Below, one piece after another: positions 54,502 to 63,870 of a stretch of 64,000 bases of DNA (position 1 is the stretch's first letter; the number at the start of each line of letters is the position of its first letter). The notes beneath the pieces were generated by a model that was given only the letters and a program-made list of their open reading frames with translations, was not told where the DNA came from and searched no databases. Both the position numbers and the translations under genes were made by a program. This DNA comes from Chitinophagales bacterium. GTDB lineage: Bacteria > Bacteroidota > Bacteroidia > Chitinophagales > UBA8649. The stretch is taken from assembly GCA_020635995.1 (NCBI GenBank), contig JACJYS010000001.1:512712-576711 (forward strand), in the 5' to 3' direction.

Positions 54502-54784
54502 ACTGCACTTTAACCCACGATTTAAACTCAGGTAAAAGAACGGTAGAATCGCAAACGCCTATAGATTCTCCTTTGCATTCGTCTATTTCTTTATAAACTA
54601 TTTGAATTTTTGTGCCGTCAGCCACACCGTCTAAATCTTTTACATTGCAAACTCTAAAATTCTCATCGCCAGCTTTTAGGTATATAACATCGGTACACGG
54701 TATAGATATTTCAACTTCTTGTACATCTTTGCCACAAGAGAACATTAACAAACTTAAGCTGAATATTACAATTAATTTTTTCAT
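54491..54784 (-). CDS. hypothetical Cys-rich lipoprotein
   Basis: Start trimmed to MKKLIVIFSLSLLMFSCGK (lipobox). 97 aa. Lies 35 nt downstream of the TonB-dependent receptor. Confidence 0.6.
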   Translation of the reverse strand: MKKLIVIFSLSLLMFSCGKDVQEVEISIPCTDVIYLKAGDENFRVCNVKDLDGVADGTKIQIVYKEIDECKGESIGVCDSTVLLPEFKSWVKVQYQI

Positions 54785-54818
54785 TTTAGTATTTAGTTTA
54801 AAGCACAAATATAAGAAG

Positions 54819-57215
54819 CTATTTCTTTTTTTCTTTTCTTTTCTTTGCGTCTTGCTCTTTGTCAACAAGTTTCTTGCCAAAAAAATCTATATTAAAAGCT
54901 AATATTGGCAATATTCCCATTTGATATTTGTAGTCTATTTTGCCTGTATCTTTGTTATAAAACTCTCGTAATATGTTTTTATAATTTACAAAATTGGCTA
55001 AATCTAAAGAGAGTGTCCAAGAAAAATTTCGTTGGTTTTTCTTATAAGCAATTCTAAAATCGGGTCTAAAATAATTTTTGTATCGCTGTGTAAAAGCTAA
55101 GGAATCTATTTCCACTTCTTCATCTGCTATTTTTGAGGCATTTTCGTCTATTGGGGTATAATTAAACCCACCGGAGTATTGCAAACGCATACCTAATTCT
55201 AAAGAATTATTTTTCTTAAACTGAAATTCTTTGCCACCCATTAAAGCTAATCCAAAACGATTATCGTAAGCTGTAGAATACCATTTTTTGTCAATAGTTC
55301 GGTAAGAAGATTTAAAAACGGTAGCATTAAAATTTAAAAACCAATTTTTACTGTAGTATTTTTCTATATTTATATCTACGCCATAGTTCATACCCACACC
55401 TTTGCTTACTAATGAATCTAAAGCAAAACCATCTCTATCATTTAGCATCATATAGGTAGTGCCTGTTTGTGGCGTAATAGGCAAATGAAAAAGATATTGG
55501 AAGTAGGGTTCTACTTTTATTTTTAAATTATTAATAGGTAGCACTTCGTAGCCCAGTACAAAATGATTGTTTTTAATAAGTTTTAAATTTCTATTAGGAA
55601 ATGTATTGGGTATAGTTTTGCTCTCTGTAAAATAAGAGCCCAAAGGTAAATGCTGACTGTGCAAGCCATAGGCAAAAGTTAGGGTGTGGCGTTTACTTAT
55701 TTTTTGCTGAATAGAAATTCGGGGTTCTGCAAAAACAGAATTGTTTAAGGCTAAATATAAACCATGCACGCCACCTACGATGGTGGTGGTGGGCGTAGGT
55801 CTGTATTGCATTTGCACAAAAGGCTGTAGCAACGTAGTAGTTCCTTTTCCTTGTATTAATAAGTCTGTTTGGTTGGTTAAATTATTTAGTTCTGTTTCTT
55901 TAAACTTATAAAAAATTTGATGAGCTTCTAATCCTGCTTTTAAGTTTAGTCCTGCTTTTATTCTTAAATTGTAGGTAGAGTTTAGTCCTATTCTTGAATC
56001 TCGGTAGGCTCTGTATTTAAAATTGTGAAATTGAATATTGTTGCTCAGTGTATCGTAACTGTCAGTTATATCATTAAAAGAGCCGGCTACAACCGTTTTA
56101 ACGTAAGATTTTTTATTGATAAGTTGCGTCCACGATACGCCAACAATTCCCAAATTAGTTACAAAATCTATTTGAAGTTTATCGGAATAGCCTTCCCATT
56201 TTGTAGAATCTTTTTTGGCATAAGTAATTTCTGAACTCAAGCCTCCCAAGCCAAAAATATTAATATAAGCTTTCTTTTTAGTAGGTACATTAATGTTAAA
56301 AGCTACATCTTGAAAAACATTTTCTGTGTTTTCTCCCACTACGTTTAAGCCTATTTTATTAAGCAAACCTAAGGTAGAATATCTATAATTAAACAAGTAA
56401 GATGCTTTAGATTCTTTTTTAAAAGGTCCTTCTGCACCAAACTCTAAACCTATCATGCCCGCTTTAAAAGAAAACTCGTGGCGTTCATTATTTCCTTTTC
56501 GGTAAGAAATATCAAAAACTCCGGCTAAGGCATTTCCGTATTCTGCGGAAAAAGCCCCGGTAGAAAAATCGGAACCCCCCATTAAATGAGGCGAAAGTGC
56601 CGTAATACCACCACCCGAAGAACCCGGACGAGAAAAGTGGTTTACGTTAGGAACATCTATGCCTTCTAATCGCCAAAGTACGCCTACGGCTGAGTTGCCT
56701 CTTATCATCACATCATTATTGTTGTCTTGGTTGCTCATTACTCCGGGCGAGTTTAGTGCCACCCTGCCGGGGTCGTTTATGCTTCCGGCAAACCTATTAG
56801 TTTCTTTTATACTAAAAGATTTGGTGCTTATTTGTAAGCTTTCATTTTTTGGTAATCCTTGTTTTTTTGCCGTTACTACCACTTCTTCAGTTTGGTTAAC
56901 CATTTCTTGCATTTGTATATCTAAAGTTAGCTCTTTACCGGAGGTAAGTGTAAGTAAACCAGATGAATAGGGTTCGTATCCTAAATAACTACACTGCACA
57001 TTCACTCTGCCTACAGGCACATTTTTTAGCTTATAATATCCGTCAAAATCTGTGGTGCTTGAAATAATATCTTCTCCATTTTTAATAAAAACTGTAGCAC
57101 TGAGGAGTGGTTGTTGGGTTACTCCGTCAAGCACTCTTCCTTTTATAGTTTGGTTACTTTGAGCAAAAGAAAGCATAGAAAGTGTAGAGAATAAAAAAAA
57201 GTAAAATAATTTCAT
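54819..57215 (-). CDS. TonB-dependent receptor with N-terminal carboxypeptidase-regulatory-like domain
   Basis: 798 aa. Signal peptide, a CRD (IKGRVLDGVTQQPLLSATVFI), a plug and a 22-strand-type barrel. Last strand ...LAFNIDFF is followed by a 19-aa Lys-rich tail. Confidence 0.85.
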   Translation of the reverse strand: MKLFYFFLFSTLSMLSFAQSNQTIKGRVLDGVTQQPLLSATVFIKNGEDIISSTTDFDGYYKLKNVPVGRVNVQCSYLGYEPYSSGLLTLTSGKELTLDIQMQEMVNQTEEVVVTAKKQGLPKNESLQISTKSFSIKETNRFAGSINDPGRVALNSPGVMSNQDNNNDVMIRGNSAVGVLWRLEGIDVPNVNHFSRPGSSGGGITALSPHLMGGSDFSTGAFSAEYGNALAGVFDISYRKGNNERHEFSFKAGMIGLEFGAEGPFKKESKASYLFNYRYSTLGLLNKIGLNVVGENTENVFQDVAFNINVPTKKKAYINIFGLGGLSSEITYAKKDSTKWEGYSDKLQIDFVTNLGIVGVSWTQLINKKSYVKTVVAGSFNDITDSYDTLSNNIQFHNFKYRAYRDSRIGLNSTYNLRIKAGLNLKAGLEAHQIFYKFKETELNNLTNQTDLLIQGKGTTTLLQPFVQMQYRPTPTTTIVGGVHGLYLALNNSVFAEPRISIQQKISKRHTLTFAYGLHSQHLPLGSYFTESKTIPNTFPNRNLKLIKNNHFVLGYEVLPINNLKIKVEPYFQYLFHLPITPQTGTTYMMLNDRDGFALDSLVSKGVGMNYGVDINIEKYYSKNWFLNFNATVFKSSYRTIDKKWYSTAYDNRFGLALMGGKEFQFKKNNSLELGMRLQYSGGFNYTPIDENASKIADEEVEIDSLAFTQRYKNYFRPDFRIAYKKNQRNFSWTLSLDLANFVNYKNILREFYNKDTGKIDYKYQMGILPILAFNIDFFGKKLVDKEQDAKKRKEKKK

Positions 57216-57302
57216 TCAGTATGTTGGATTGGTTAAATCAAAACTACAAAAGTTTTTTTAAATAAAAACACCTGTTTAATTATAATAAAAAAATTATAAA
57301 TA

Positions 57303-57560
57303 TCTGTTATTACATCATTTCTTAACGTATTTTTGATTAAGGTCAGTTAAAAGTGCACCTTAAGTTTGCAAGTGGGGCACCCATTAACCGAAAACTCCGT
57401 AAAAAATTAAACTGTTTGAAGAACGGAGTGATGATTTTTTTGAACTAAAAGTTCAAAAAAATCATCACATTAGGGGCGTCATTCCATAAAATTTTGTAGT
57501 GAAACGGAAAAATTTATATGGAATCCCAAATTCCTTTTACGGAAACAATTATTAAATTGA
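57303..57560 (-). repeat. copy C (3'-truncated, inverted) of the dispersed structured non-coding element
   Basis: The reverse complement is near-identical to 43517-43767. Ends about 88 nt upstream of the TonB-dependent receptor start, in the same orientation as that gene. Confidence 0.85.
57477..57527 (-). repeat. REP-like hairpin unit GGG-ATTCCATA...TATGGAAT-GACG inside repeat copy C
   Basis: 8-bp perfect arms with family flanks. Confidence 0.8.
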
Positions 57561-57774
57561 TGTTCCGAACACCTGTGAGATTTTAATGGGTCGCTGAAAA
57601 CTTAGTGCGATTCCCTGACTGCCGTCACCTGTCTACCGTAGAGGTAGAGGCAAGTTTTGTAACTTTTCTTTAGAAGAAAAGTTAATGTAAAATACTTCAT
57701 AGGTATCTTTACAGATAGTTATAAAAATATTATATTAAAAAAACAATATGATAATATTTATGTAACAGAGTAGG

Positions 57775-58698
57775 TTACAACTCCGGCAAGAAAATTTCTG
57801 CCATCATACACCTGGCACTACCGCCACCTACTTCTTCTATAAAATTAATAGGCACGGTTATTATTTCTGTATGAGCTTCTATTTGGCTAAGTTGCTTTTC
57901 TGTCAGCGAGTCATAAGCACGCTGGCTCATAATTAAAAACAATTGTTTATCATCATTATAAACTTGTAGCATATTGCCTGCAAAATGTTGCTCTAATTGC
58001 TCTCTTGTTATTTCTATTATTTCTAAACCGTCTTCTTCTAAAGATGCTTTAACTTCTGTTCTTTCGGCTTTGTTGGTTATGGAATCTAAGCAAATTACGG
58101 CAAATTCATAGCCTATACACATTACTACATTAGTGTGATATTGCTCTTCGCCATTAGTTTTGTAGGCATGAAACTGTATTAAATCGTATTCTATTTCTTT
58201 GGCAAATTTTTTAAGCAGTTTTTCATTAGTTCTTGGTGAAATACAAGCATAAACTTTGCTGTGTAGATGGTCAAAAATCATACTGCCTGTTCCTTCTAAT
58301 ATTAATCCTTCATTTTCATAGTGCGACCAATCATTTACACTATTTACGGCAAAATTTTCTTTAATAAACTCAATAATTTCCGGGTCGCGTTCTACTCTTC
58401 TATTTTTGGTGAGCATGGGATACAAATAAATATCTCCATTTTGGTGCATGCTTATCCAGTTATTAGGGAAAATAGCGTCTGGTTTTTCCGGTGTTTCATC
58501 ATCTTCTACTACCCAAACATTTATGTTGTTTTCCTCTAAAATATCTACCATTTTATCAAACTCTTCTTGAGCTTTTGCTATGGTTTCAGCTTTGCTTAAA
58601 GCAGGTTTGTTTTGGTAATCGTTTGTTTTGGCTGTTTCTTCGTTATACTGGAAAGAAGCGGGTCTTACCATTAAAATATTAGAAGCACATTGTATCAT
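57775..58698 (-). CDS. amidinotransferase/arginine-deiminase-related (guanidino-group modifying enzyme superfamily) protein
   Basis: 307 aa. N-terminal ILMVRPASFQYN and C-terminal GGGSARCMMAEIF (catalytic Cys), typical of the CtlX/DDAH-like family. Confidence 0.8.
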   Translation of the reverse strand: MIQCASNILMVRPASFQYNEETAKTNDYQNKPALSKAETIAKAQEEFDKMVDILEENNINVWVVEDDETPEKPDAIFPNNWISMHQNGDIYLYPMLTKNRRVERDPEIIEFIKENFAVNSVNDWSHYENEGLILEGTGSMIFDHLHSKVYACISPRTNEKLLKKFAKEIEYDLIQFHAYKTNGEEQYHTNVVMCIGYEFAVICLDSITNKAERTEVKASLEEDGLEIIEITREQLEQHFAGNMLQVYNDDKQLFLIMSQRAYDSLTEKQLSQIEAHTEIITVPINFIEEVGGGSARCMMAEIFLPEL

Positions 58699-58701
58699 TT
58701 T

Positions 58702-59763
58702 TTATTGCAATTGTACGTTTAATAAAACAGGTTGATGGTCAGAATATTTAAAATCTATATTTACACCTTTTACTTCTTCTATTTTTACATTAGGAGAAAC
58801 TAAGTAAAAATCAATAAGCGTAGTAAAAGTTTCTCCTTTTATATACGGAGTGGCTAATTTTCGGTTAGTAGGAGTTGTGGTATCATAAGCCCAAAGCCAA
58901 CCTTCGGGCATAAAATCTTCTGCTATATTATCTTGGTAATAGTCATCGGCACTGCCTGCGGCAAAAGTAGCGTAATTAAAATTTGGCGGGCATTGATTCC
59001 AATCGGCTCCTACTATTACGTAGTTTCCTTTTTCGTATTCTGCCAACAAATGATTTCTTAAATACTCCATTTCTAAAGGCTTTAACTTGCCTCCATCGTA
59101 AGCCGAATTATGGGAGTTTATGACTATCAGTTCTTTCCCGTTTGCCACAGGAATTCTACTTTCTAACATACATCTATCTAAATGAAAAACCCTAACAGGC
59201 CAATCATAGCTACCCGGAAACTGGAAACGGGTAGTTTCAGTTACTTTATATTTGCTGTATGTAGCTACACCACTTTTTACTTTCCCTATTGGCGAAAAGC
59301 TAACTAATGGTTTTGGTACATATTTCACATTAAAGTTTAAGGCTATAGCATTGCTGTAATTATCTGCCAATTCATCTGCTATTCCTTGGTATTCATTGGT
59401 TTCGTAGCTTCTCTTTGAATTTACATCTACTTCTTGCAGCAAAATAAAATCGGTATTGCTATGTTCTGCTATGGTTTTTTTAATGCCATTAAAATATTCT
59501 TGATGAATAGCTTTACTCGGTCTTACCATTTTACCTCCATCCAAAAAGAAATCGCTTTTATCGCCCAAGCCACTGTAGCCAATATTCCATATCATAAAAC
59601 TTAAGTGGGCACTGTCTGCCACACTTTCTGTTCTATTGTTTTCGGTGCTGAGCTTAGTTACTTCCTGTGGCTTAAAATCATTGATAGTTCCATAAGCTAA
59701 TACGGCAGCCACATAAAGTCCGTAAGCCAAAATAGGTATCAATAAAAACTTTAGGTATTTCAT
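58702..59763 (-). CDS. endonuclease/exonuclease/phosphatase (EEP) family protein
   Basis: 353 aa. N-terminal TM/signal, LLQEVD and a C-terminal SDHQPV catalytic motif. Confidence 0.8.
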   Translation of the reverse strand: MKYLKFLLIPILAYGLYVAAVLAYGTINDFKPQEVTKLSTENNRTESVADSAHLSFMIWNIGYSGLGDKSDFFLDGGKMVRPSKAIHQEYFNGIKKTIAEHSNTDFILLQEVDVNSKRSYETNEYQGIADELADNYSNAIALNFNVKYVPKPLVSFSPIGKVKSGVATYSKYKVTETTRFQFPGSYDWPVRVFHLDRCMLESRIPVANGKELIVINSHNSAYDGGKLKPLEMEYLRNHLLAEYEKGNYVIVGADWNQCPPNFNYATFAAGSADDYYQDNIAEDFMPEGWLWAYDTTTPTNRKLATPYIKGETFTTLIDFYLVSPNVKIEEVKGVNIDFKYSDHQPVLLNVQLQ

Positions 59764-59820
59764 GGTGCTTTTGGTTTTATTTACTTACAAATATCTAATA
59801 TTCTTTCTAAAATAGAAATA

Positions 59821-59851
59821 AAAAAAGATAACACGTAAATGTTATCTTTTT
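59821..59851 (-). terminator. intrinsic terminator after the small membrane protein gene (AGATAACA ... TGTTATCT flanked by A/T runs)
   Basis: 8-bp stem. T-run on the minus strand downstream of the stop at 59882. Confidence 0.65.
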
Positions 59852-59881
59852 AACTTTATAATAGAGGGTTGATATTCAATA

Positions 59882-60106
59882 CTATTTAACGTCTGGTTCG
59901 GTACTAAATCTTAACAACAAAATACCGGCTACCATAATAAATGCCCAAAATACAGTTTGTGCTGCTAATCCCACATCTAATAAACCTTTTACAGAATCTG
60001 CCGGATTATATGGTAAATGTGCAGATGAGTTTAAATACAAAAATAAGTTTCCTAAACAAGCTAATGTGCCTACAAGAGCTAACATTGCACCTAATACTTT
60101 TGCCAT
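59882..60106 (-). CDS. hypothetical small membrane protein
   Basis: 74 aa, two hydrophobic helices. Followed by a hairpin terminator. Confidence 0.5.
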   Translation of the reverse strand: MAKVLGAMLALVGTLACLGNLFLYLNSSAHLPYNPADSVKGLLDVGLAAQTVFWAFIMVAGILLLRFSTEPDVK

Positions 60107-60246
60107 AGTTTTTCTTAATTTTAGGCAAAGTTAGTATAAATAGACAATTTTCTCAAAAAATTATTTTATAAATTCCAATATTAGCATAAACTTTTCTTGA
60201 AAAGGATATTTTTCCGTAACTTCAAACGCATAATTTTTACTTTGAA

Positions 60247-61512
60247 ATGGAAAGTTTAGCCCAAGCTTTAAATATTGGCATACCGCTTTTTTTAATTCTT
60301 ATAGCCATTGAGTTTTTGTATGGTTATTTTACACATAATCAAACTTTAAATTTGCCCGATACGGTATCCAGTTTAAGCAGTGGCATTACTAATATTACTA
60401 AAAGTGTTTTAGGCTTAATAGTAGCCATAGTTTCTTATGATTGGATAGAAAGAAATTTTGCTATTTTTAATCTGGAAGTTAAGTGGTGGATGTTTCCTGT
60501 TGTTTTTATTGCCAAAGATTTTTCGGGATATTGGATACACCGTTTTGAACATAAAGTAAATTATTTTTGGAACAGACATATTATACATCACAGTAGTGAA
60601 GAGTTTAACTTGCCTTGTGCTTTACGCCAATCTATTTCAGAAATTTTTTCCTTTGGAATTTTCTTTGTTTTTCCGCTGGCGTTTTTAGGTATTCCGTCAG
60701 AGGTTTTTGCTATTGTAGCTCCTATTCATCTGTTTGCTCAGTTTTGGTATCATACCCGCCATATAAATAAAATGGGGAAAGTGCTGGAGTATGTTATCGT
60801 TACTCCTTCGCACCACAGAGTACACCATGCTATTAATGATATTTATTTAGACAAAAACTTTTCTCAAATTTTTATTTTTTGGGATAGAATATTTGGTACT
60901 TTTCAAGAGGAATTAGAAAACGAACCGTGTGTTTATGGCGTAAAAAGGCAGGTAAATACATGGAATCCTATAATTATTAATTTTCAGCACGCCTTTTTGG
61001 TTTGGAAAGATTTTATTTTAACCAGAAGTTGGAAAGATAAATTTAAAATTTGGTTTATGCCCACCGGCTGGCGTCCTGCCGATAGAGAAGCGACAAACCC
61101 TATTGATTATATTAAAGACCCTTTTACCCAAGTTAAATATCAGCCTTTTATTAAAGTGTGGGTGCAGGCGTGGAGTCTTATACAAACTACAGTTACGGTT
61201 ATTATTGCATTAGTGCTTTTTAATCATATAAGCCTTATTCCTTTTTATCAGGCTCTTTTGGTGGGGGCATTTATTTTTTTAGAAGTATATAGCTACACTA
61301 CTATTATGGATGGCAAAAAACACGGTGCTGTTTTAGAAATTATAAAATCAATAATTGGTATAGTAGGTATTTATTATTTCACACAGAATTTAATACTTGA
61401 AAGTTGGGTTAGCAGTTTATTAATTGCCATTGCAGTATATTATGGCGTTTGTATTTTACTTTCTGCATATTATTTAGTAGATAAAACGGCTAAGGTAGAA
61501 ACCATTGTTTAG
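60247..61512 (+). CDS. sterol desaturase / fatty acid hydroxylase family membrane protein
   Basis: 421 aa. Histidine boxes HRFEH, HIIHH and HHRVHH. An extra C-terminal multi-TM region of about 180 aa. Confidence 0.8.
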   Translation: MESLAQALNIGIPLFLILIAIEFLYGYFTHNQTLNLPDTVSSLSSGITNITKSVLGLIVAIVSYDWIERNFAIFNLEVKWWMFPVVFIAKDFSGYWIHRFEHKVNYFWNRHIIHHSSEEFNLPCALRQSISEIFSFGIFFVFPLAFLGIPSEVFAIVAPIHLFAQFWYHTRHINKMGKVLEYVIVTPSHHRVHHAINDIYLDKNFSQIFIFWDRIFGTFQEELENEPCVYGVKRQVNTWNPIIINFQHAFLVWKDFILTRSWKDKFKIWFMPTGWRPADREATNPIDYIKDPFTQVKYQPFIKVWVQAWSLIQTTVTVIIALVLFNHISLIPFYQALLVGAFIFLEVYSYTTIMDGKKHGAVLEIIKSIIGIVGIYYFTQNLILESWVSSLLIAIAVYYGVCILLSAYYLVDKTAKVETIV

Positions 61513-61516
61513 CAAT

Positions 61517-62356
61517 TTACTCCTGATTTGCCATTAAGTTTAAAACTTGGCGTTTTACGTTTTTGCGTATAGCTTTTTCTATTTCTCTATTAGGTTGTTT
61601 AAGTGTAAACTGATACTTAAAAGCAATATGGTCGTTCTGTATTTCTTCAATTCTAAGATTAATTGATTTTTCTATTATGTTTTGTATGTTGTCTTTTAAG
61701 GTTTCGTACAATACCGCTTCTAATTCATCTGCCGATTTTAAAAATTTGGTATTCAACACAAAATCTATGCTTGTTTTTCTTATTTTTCGCTTAGAATAAT
61801 TAATAAAATCTGTGGAGTAAATAATGTTATTGGGAATATAAACTACATCATCATCATCGTTTAAAAGCACTACGTTAGATAAGTTTATTTCCTTTACTTT
61901 GCCTCTATGTTCTCTTATTTGAATGTTGTCATCAATTTCAATTTCTTTAGAAAAAACAGTAATTAAACCGCTAATAATATTGGCTAAATAATCTTTAGAA
62001 ACTACGGCAATAGCTGCCGCTACGATACTTAAAGAGGTAACAAAATTGATAAACTTTAAGTTGAAAAAACTTAAGATGGTTATAATTGTAGCAAAAAACA
62101 AAATGATGTAATGCAGGTTGTTAATGGCTTCAATTACATTATTTGTCTGATTATTTTTTAAGCCTTTTTTACGTCTATAATAATGAAAGAAAATGTGTTT
62201 AAACAACTCAGAAAATGCAGAAAAAGCTATAAACCATACAGAATAGTAAACAACCCGATATAGCCAATTAGCTTCTATAGTTCCCCAAGGAAAGAAAACT
62301 AATAGAGCTACCGTTGCTATAAAAGCTAATATTCTATATAAGATTCTAAAGTTCAT
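61517..62356 (-). CDS. MscS-like mechanosensitive channel family protein
   Basis: 279 aa. TM helices plus the beta-domain motif GKVKEINLSNVVLLNDDDDVVYIPNN. Confidence 0.7.
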   Translation of the reverse strand: MNFRILYRILAFIATVALLVFFPWGTIEANWLYRVVYYSVWFIAFSAFSELFKHIFFHYYRRKKGLKNNQTNNVIEAINNLHYIILFFATIITILSFFNLKFINFVTSLSIVAAAIAVVSKDYLANIISGLITVFSKEIEIDDNIQIREHRGKVKEINLSNVVLLNDDDDVVYIPNNIIYSTDFINYSKRKIRKTSIDFVLNTKFLKSADELEAVLYETLKDNIQNIIEKSINLRIEEIQNDHIAFKYQFTLKQPNREIEKAIRKNVKRQVLNLMANQE

Positions 62357-62366
62357 TTTTTGTTTT

Positions 62367-63644
62367 TTACTTCAAAACATCAAAACCTACATATTCTCGC
62401 AATGCTTTTGGTATGTTTATACCATCTTTTGTTTGGTTGTTTTCTAACATGGCAGCCATAATACGTGGCAAAGCCAAGGCACTTCCATTTAGTGTGTGTA
62501 CCAATGCTCGCTTACCGTCATTATTTTTATAGCGAAGTTTTAATCTATTGCTTTGGTAAGTTTCAAAATTTGAAATACTACTTACTTCAAGCCACCTTTT
62601 TTGTGCGGCACTATAAACTTCTATATCATAAGTTAATGCTGAGGTAAAGCCCATATCGCCACCACATAAACGCAATACTCTATACGGCAATTCTAAAGCT
62701 TGCACTAAACTTTCTACGTGAGCAACCATTTCTTCTAAAACGGCATAACTCTTTTCGGGATGAACTATTTGTACAAGCTCTACTTTATCAAACTGATGCA
62801 AACGGTTTAAGCCCCGAACGTGAGCACCATAAGAACCCGCTTCTCTTCTAAAACACGGTGTATATCCCGTTAATTTTATAGGCAGTTGATTTTCTTCTAC
62901 TATTTCATCTCTATAAATATTAGTTATAGGCACTTCTGCCGTAGGAATCATATAATATTGCTCTAACTTCATTTCGTACATCTGTCCCTCTTTGTCAGGA
63001 AGCTGTCCTGTGGCTTTTGCACTATCGGCATTAACCATTAAAGGTGGCACTATTTCCGTATAGCCGGCTTCTTCGGCTTTAGCCAAAAAGAAATTAATCA
63101 TTCCCCTTTGTAGTTTAGCTCCTTTACCCGTAAAAACAGGGAAACCGGCTCCCGTTAGTTTTACACCAAGTTCTAAATCAAAAATATTATACTTGGTAGC
63201 CAACTCCCAGTGTGGCAGTTCATTGTCTTCTGCCAATGTAGGAAAATCGCCCCAAGTGCGTACTACTTCATTATCTTCCGGTGTTTTCCCTTTAGGTACA
63301 TTTTTATGAGGTACGTTTGGCACTTGCAGTAAAGCCTCTTCCAGTTCTGCTAATATGTTATTTTGTTCTTCTTGTAGCTCTTTTGCTTTTTCTTTAAGCT
63401 CTGTGGTTTTTTCTCGCAGGGCATTTCCTTCTGCGTGCTTACCACTTTTAAAAAGTTCTCCTATTTCTTTAGAAAGATTATTTAATTGAGCTAATATTTC
63501 GTCTAATTCAGTTTGCGTACTTTTTCTTTTATCATCTACAGAAACTAAATTATTAAGTACTTCATCGGCATTTTCTATATTTCTTTTTAATAAACCTTCT
63601 TTGGCGGTTTCAAAATTTTCTCTTACAAAATTAATATCGAGCAT
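62367..63644 (-). CDS. serS: serine--tRNA ligase
   Basis: 425 aa. N-terminal coiled-coil arm and class II motifs (FRREAGS, GLNRLHQF, GSALA.PR). Confidence 0.93.
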   Translation of the reverse strand: MLDINFVRENFETAKEGLLKRNIENADEVLNNLVSVDDKRKSTQTELDEILAQLNNLSKEIGELFKSGKHAEGNALREKTTELKEKAKELQEEQNNILAELEEALLQVPNVPHKNVPKGKTPEDNEVVRTWGDFPTLAEDNELPHWELATKYNIFDLELGVKLTGAGFPVFTGKGAKLQRGMINFFLAKAEEAGYTEIVPPLMVNADSAKATGQLPDKEGQMYEMKLEQYYMIPTAEVPITNIYRDEIVEENQLPIKLTGYTPCFRREAGSYGAHVRGLNRLHQFDKVELVQIVHPEKSYAVLEEMVAHVESLVQALELPYRVLRLCGGDMGFTSALTYDIEVYSAAQKRWLEVSSISNFETYQSNRLKLRYKNNDGKRALVHTLNGSALALPRIMAAMLENNQTKDGINIPKALREYVGFDVLK

Positions 63645-63870
63645 TATTCATTATTTTGCCACAAAAATAGTTAGAAAAAAGATGTAGCAACACATAAAAA
63701 CCGCATAACATTGCAAAATTCCACTTTTTTTTAAATTTTTATTTGTAGAAACAAAAACTTTGCGTAACATTGCAACGGCTTTAAGGAGCTATGTGCAAGG
63801 TCTTGCACTTCAAAACAAAAAAACAATTCACTCTTTTTACTAAGAAAAAAATACTTCAAAATAGAAATTT

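Noticed and set aside
54785-54880. N-terminal extension of the lipoprotein ORF overlapping the TonB-dependent receptor 3' end
   Set aside because: The lipobox signal peptide starts at MKKLIV (54784). The extension is Lys/Arg-rich read-through of the receptor tail on the same strand in another frame.
57216-57560. Cobalamin or other known riboswitch upstream of the TonB-dependent receptor
   Set aside because: No B12-box-like or other riboswitch core that I can recognise. The sequence is instead a copy of the dispersed repeat.
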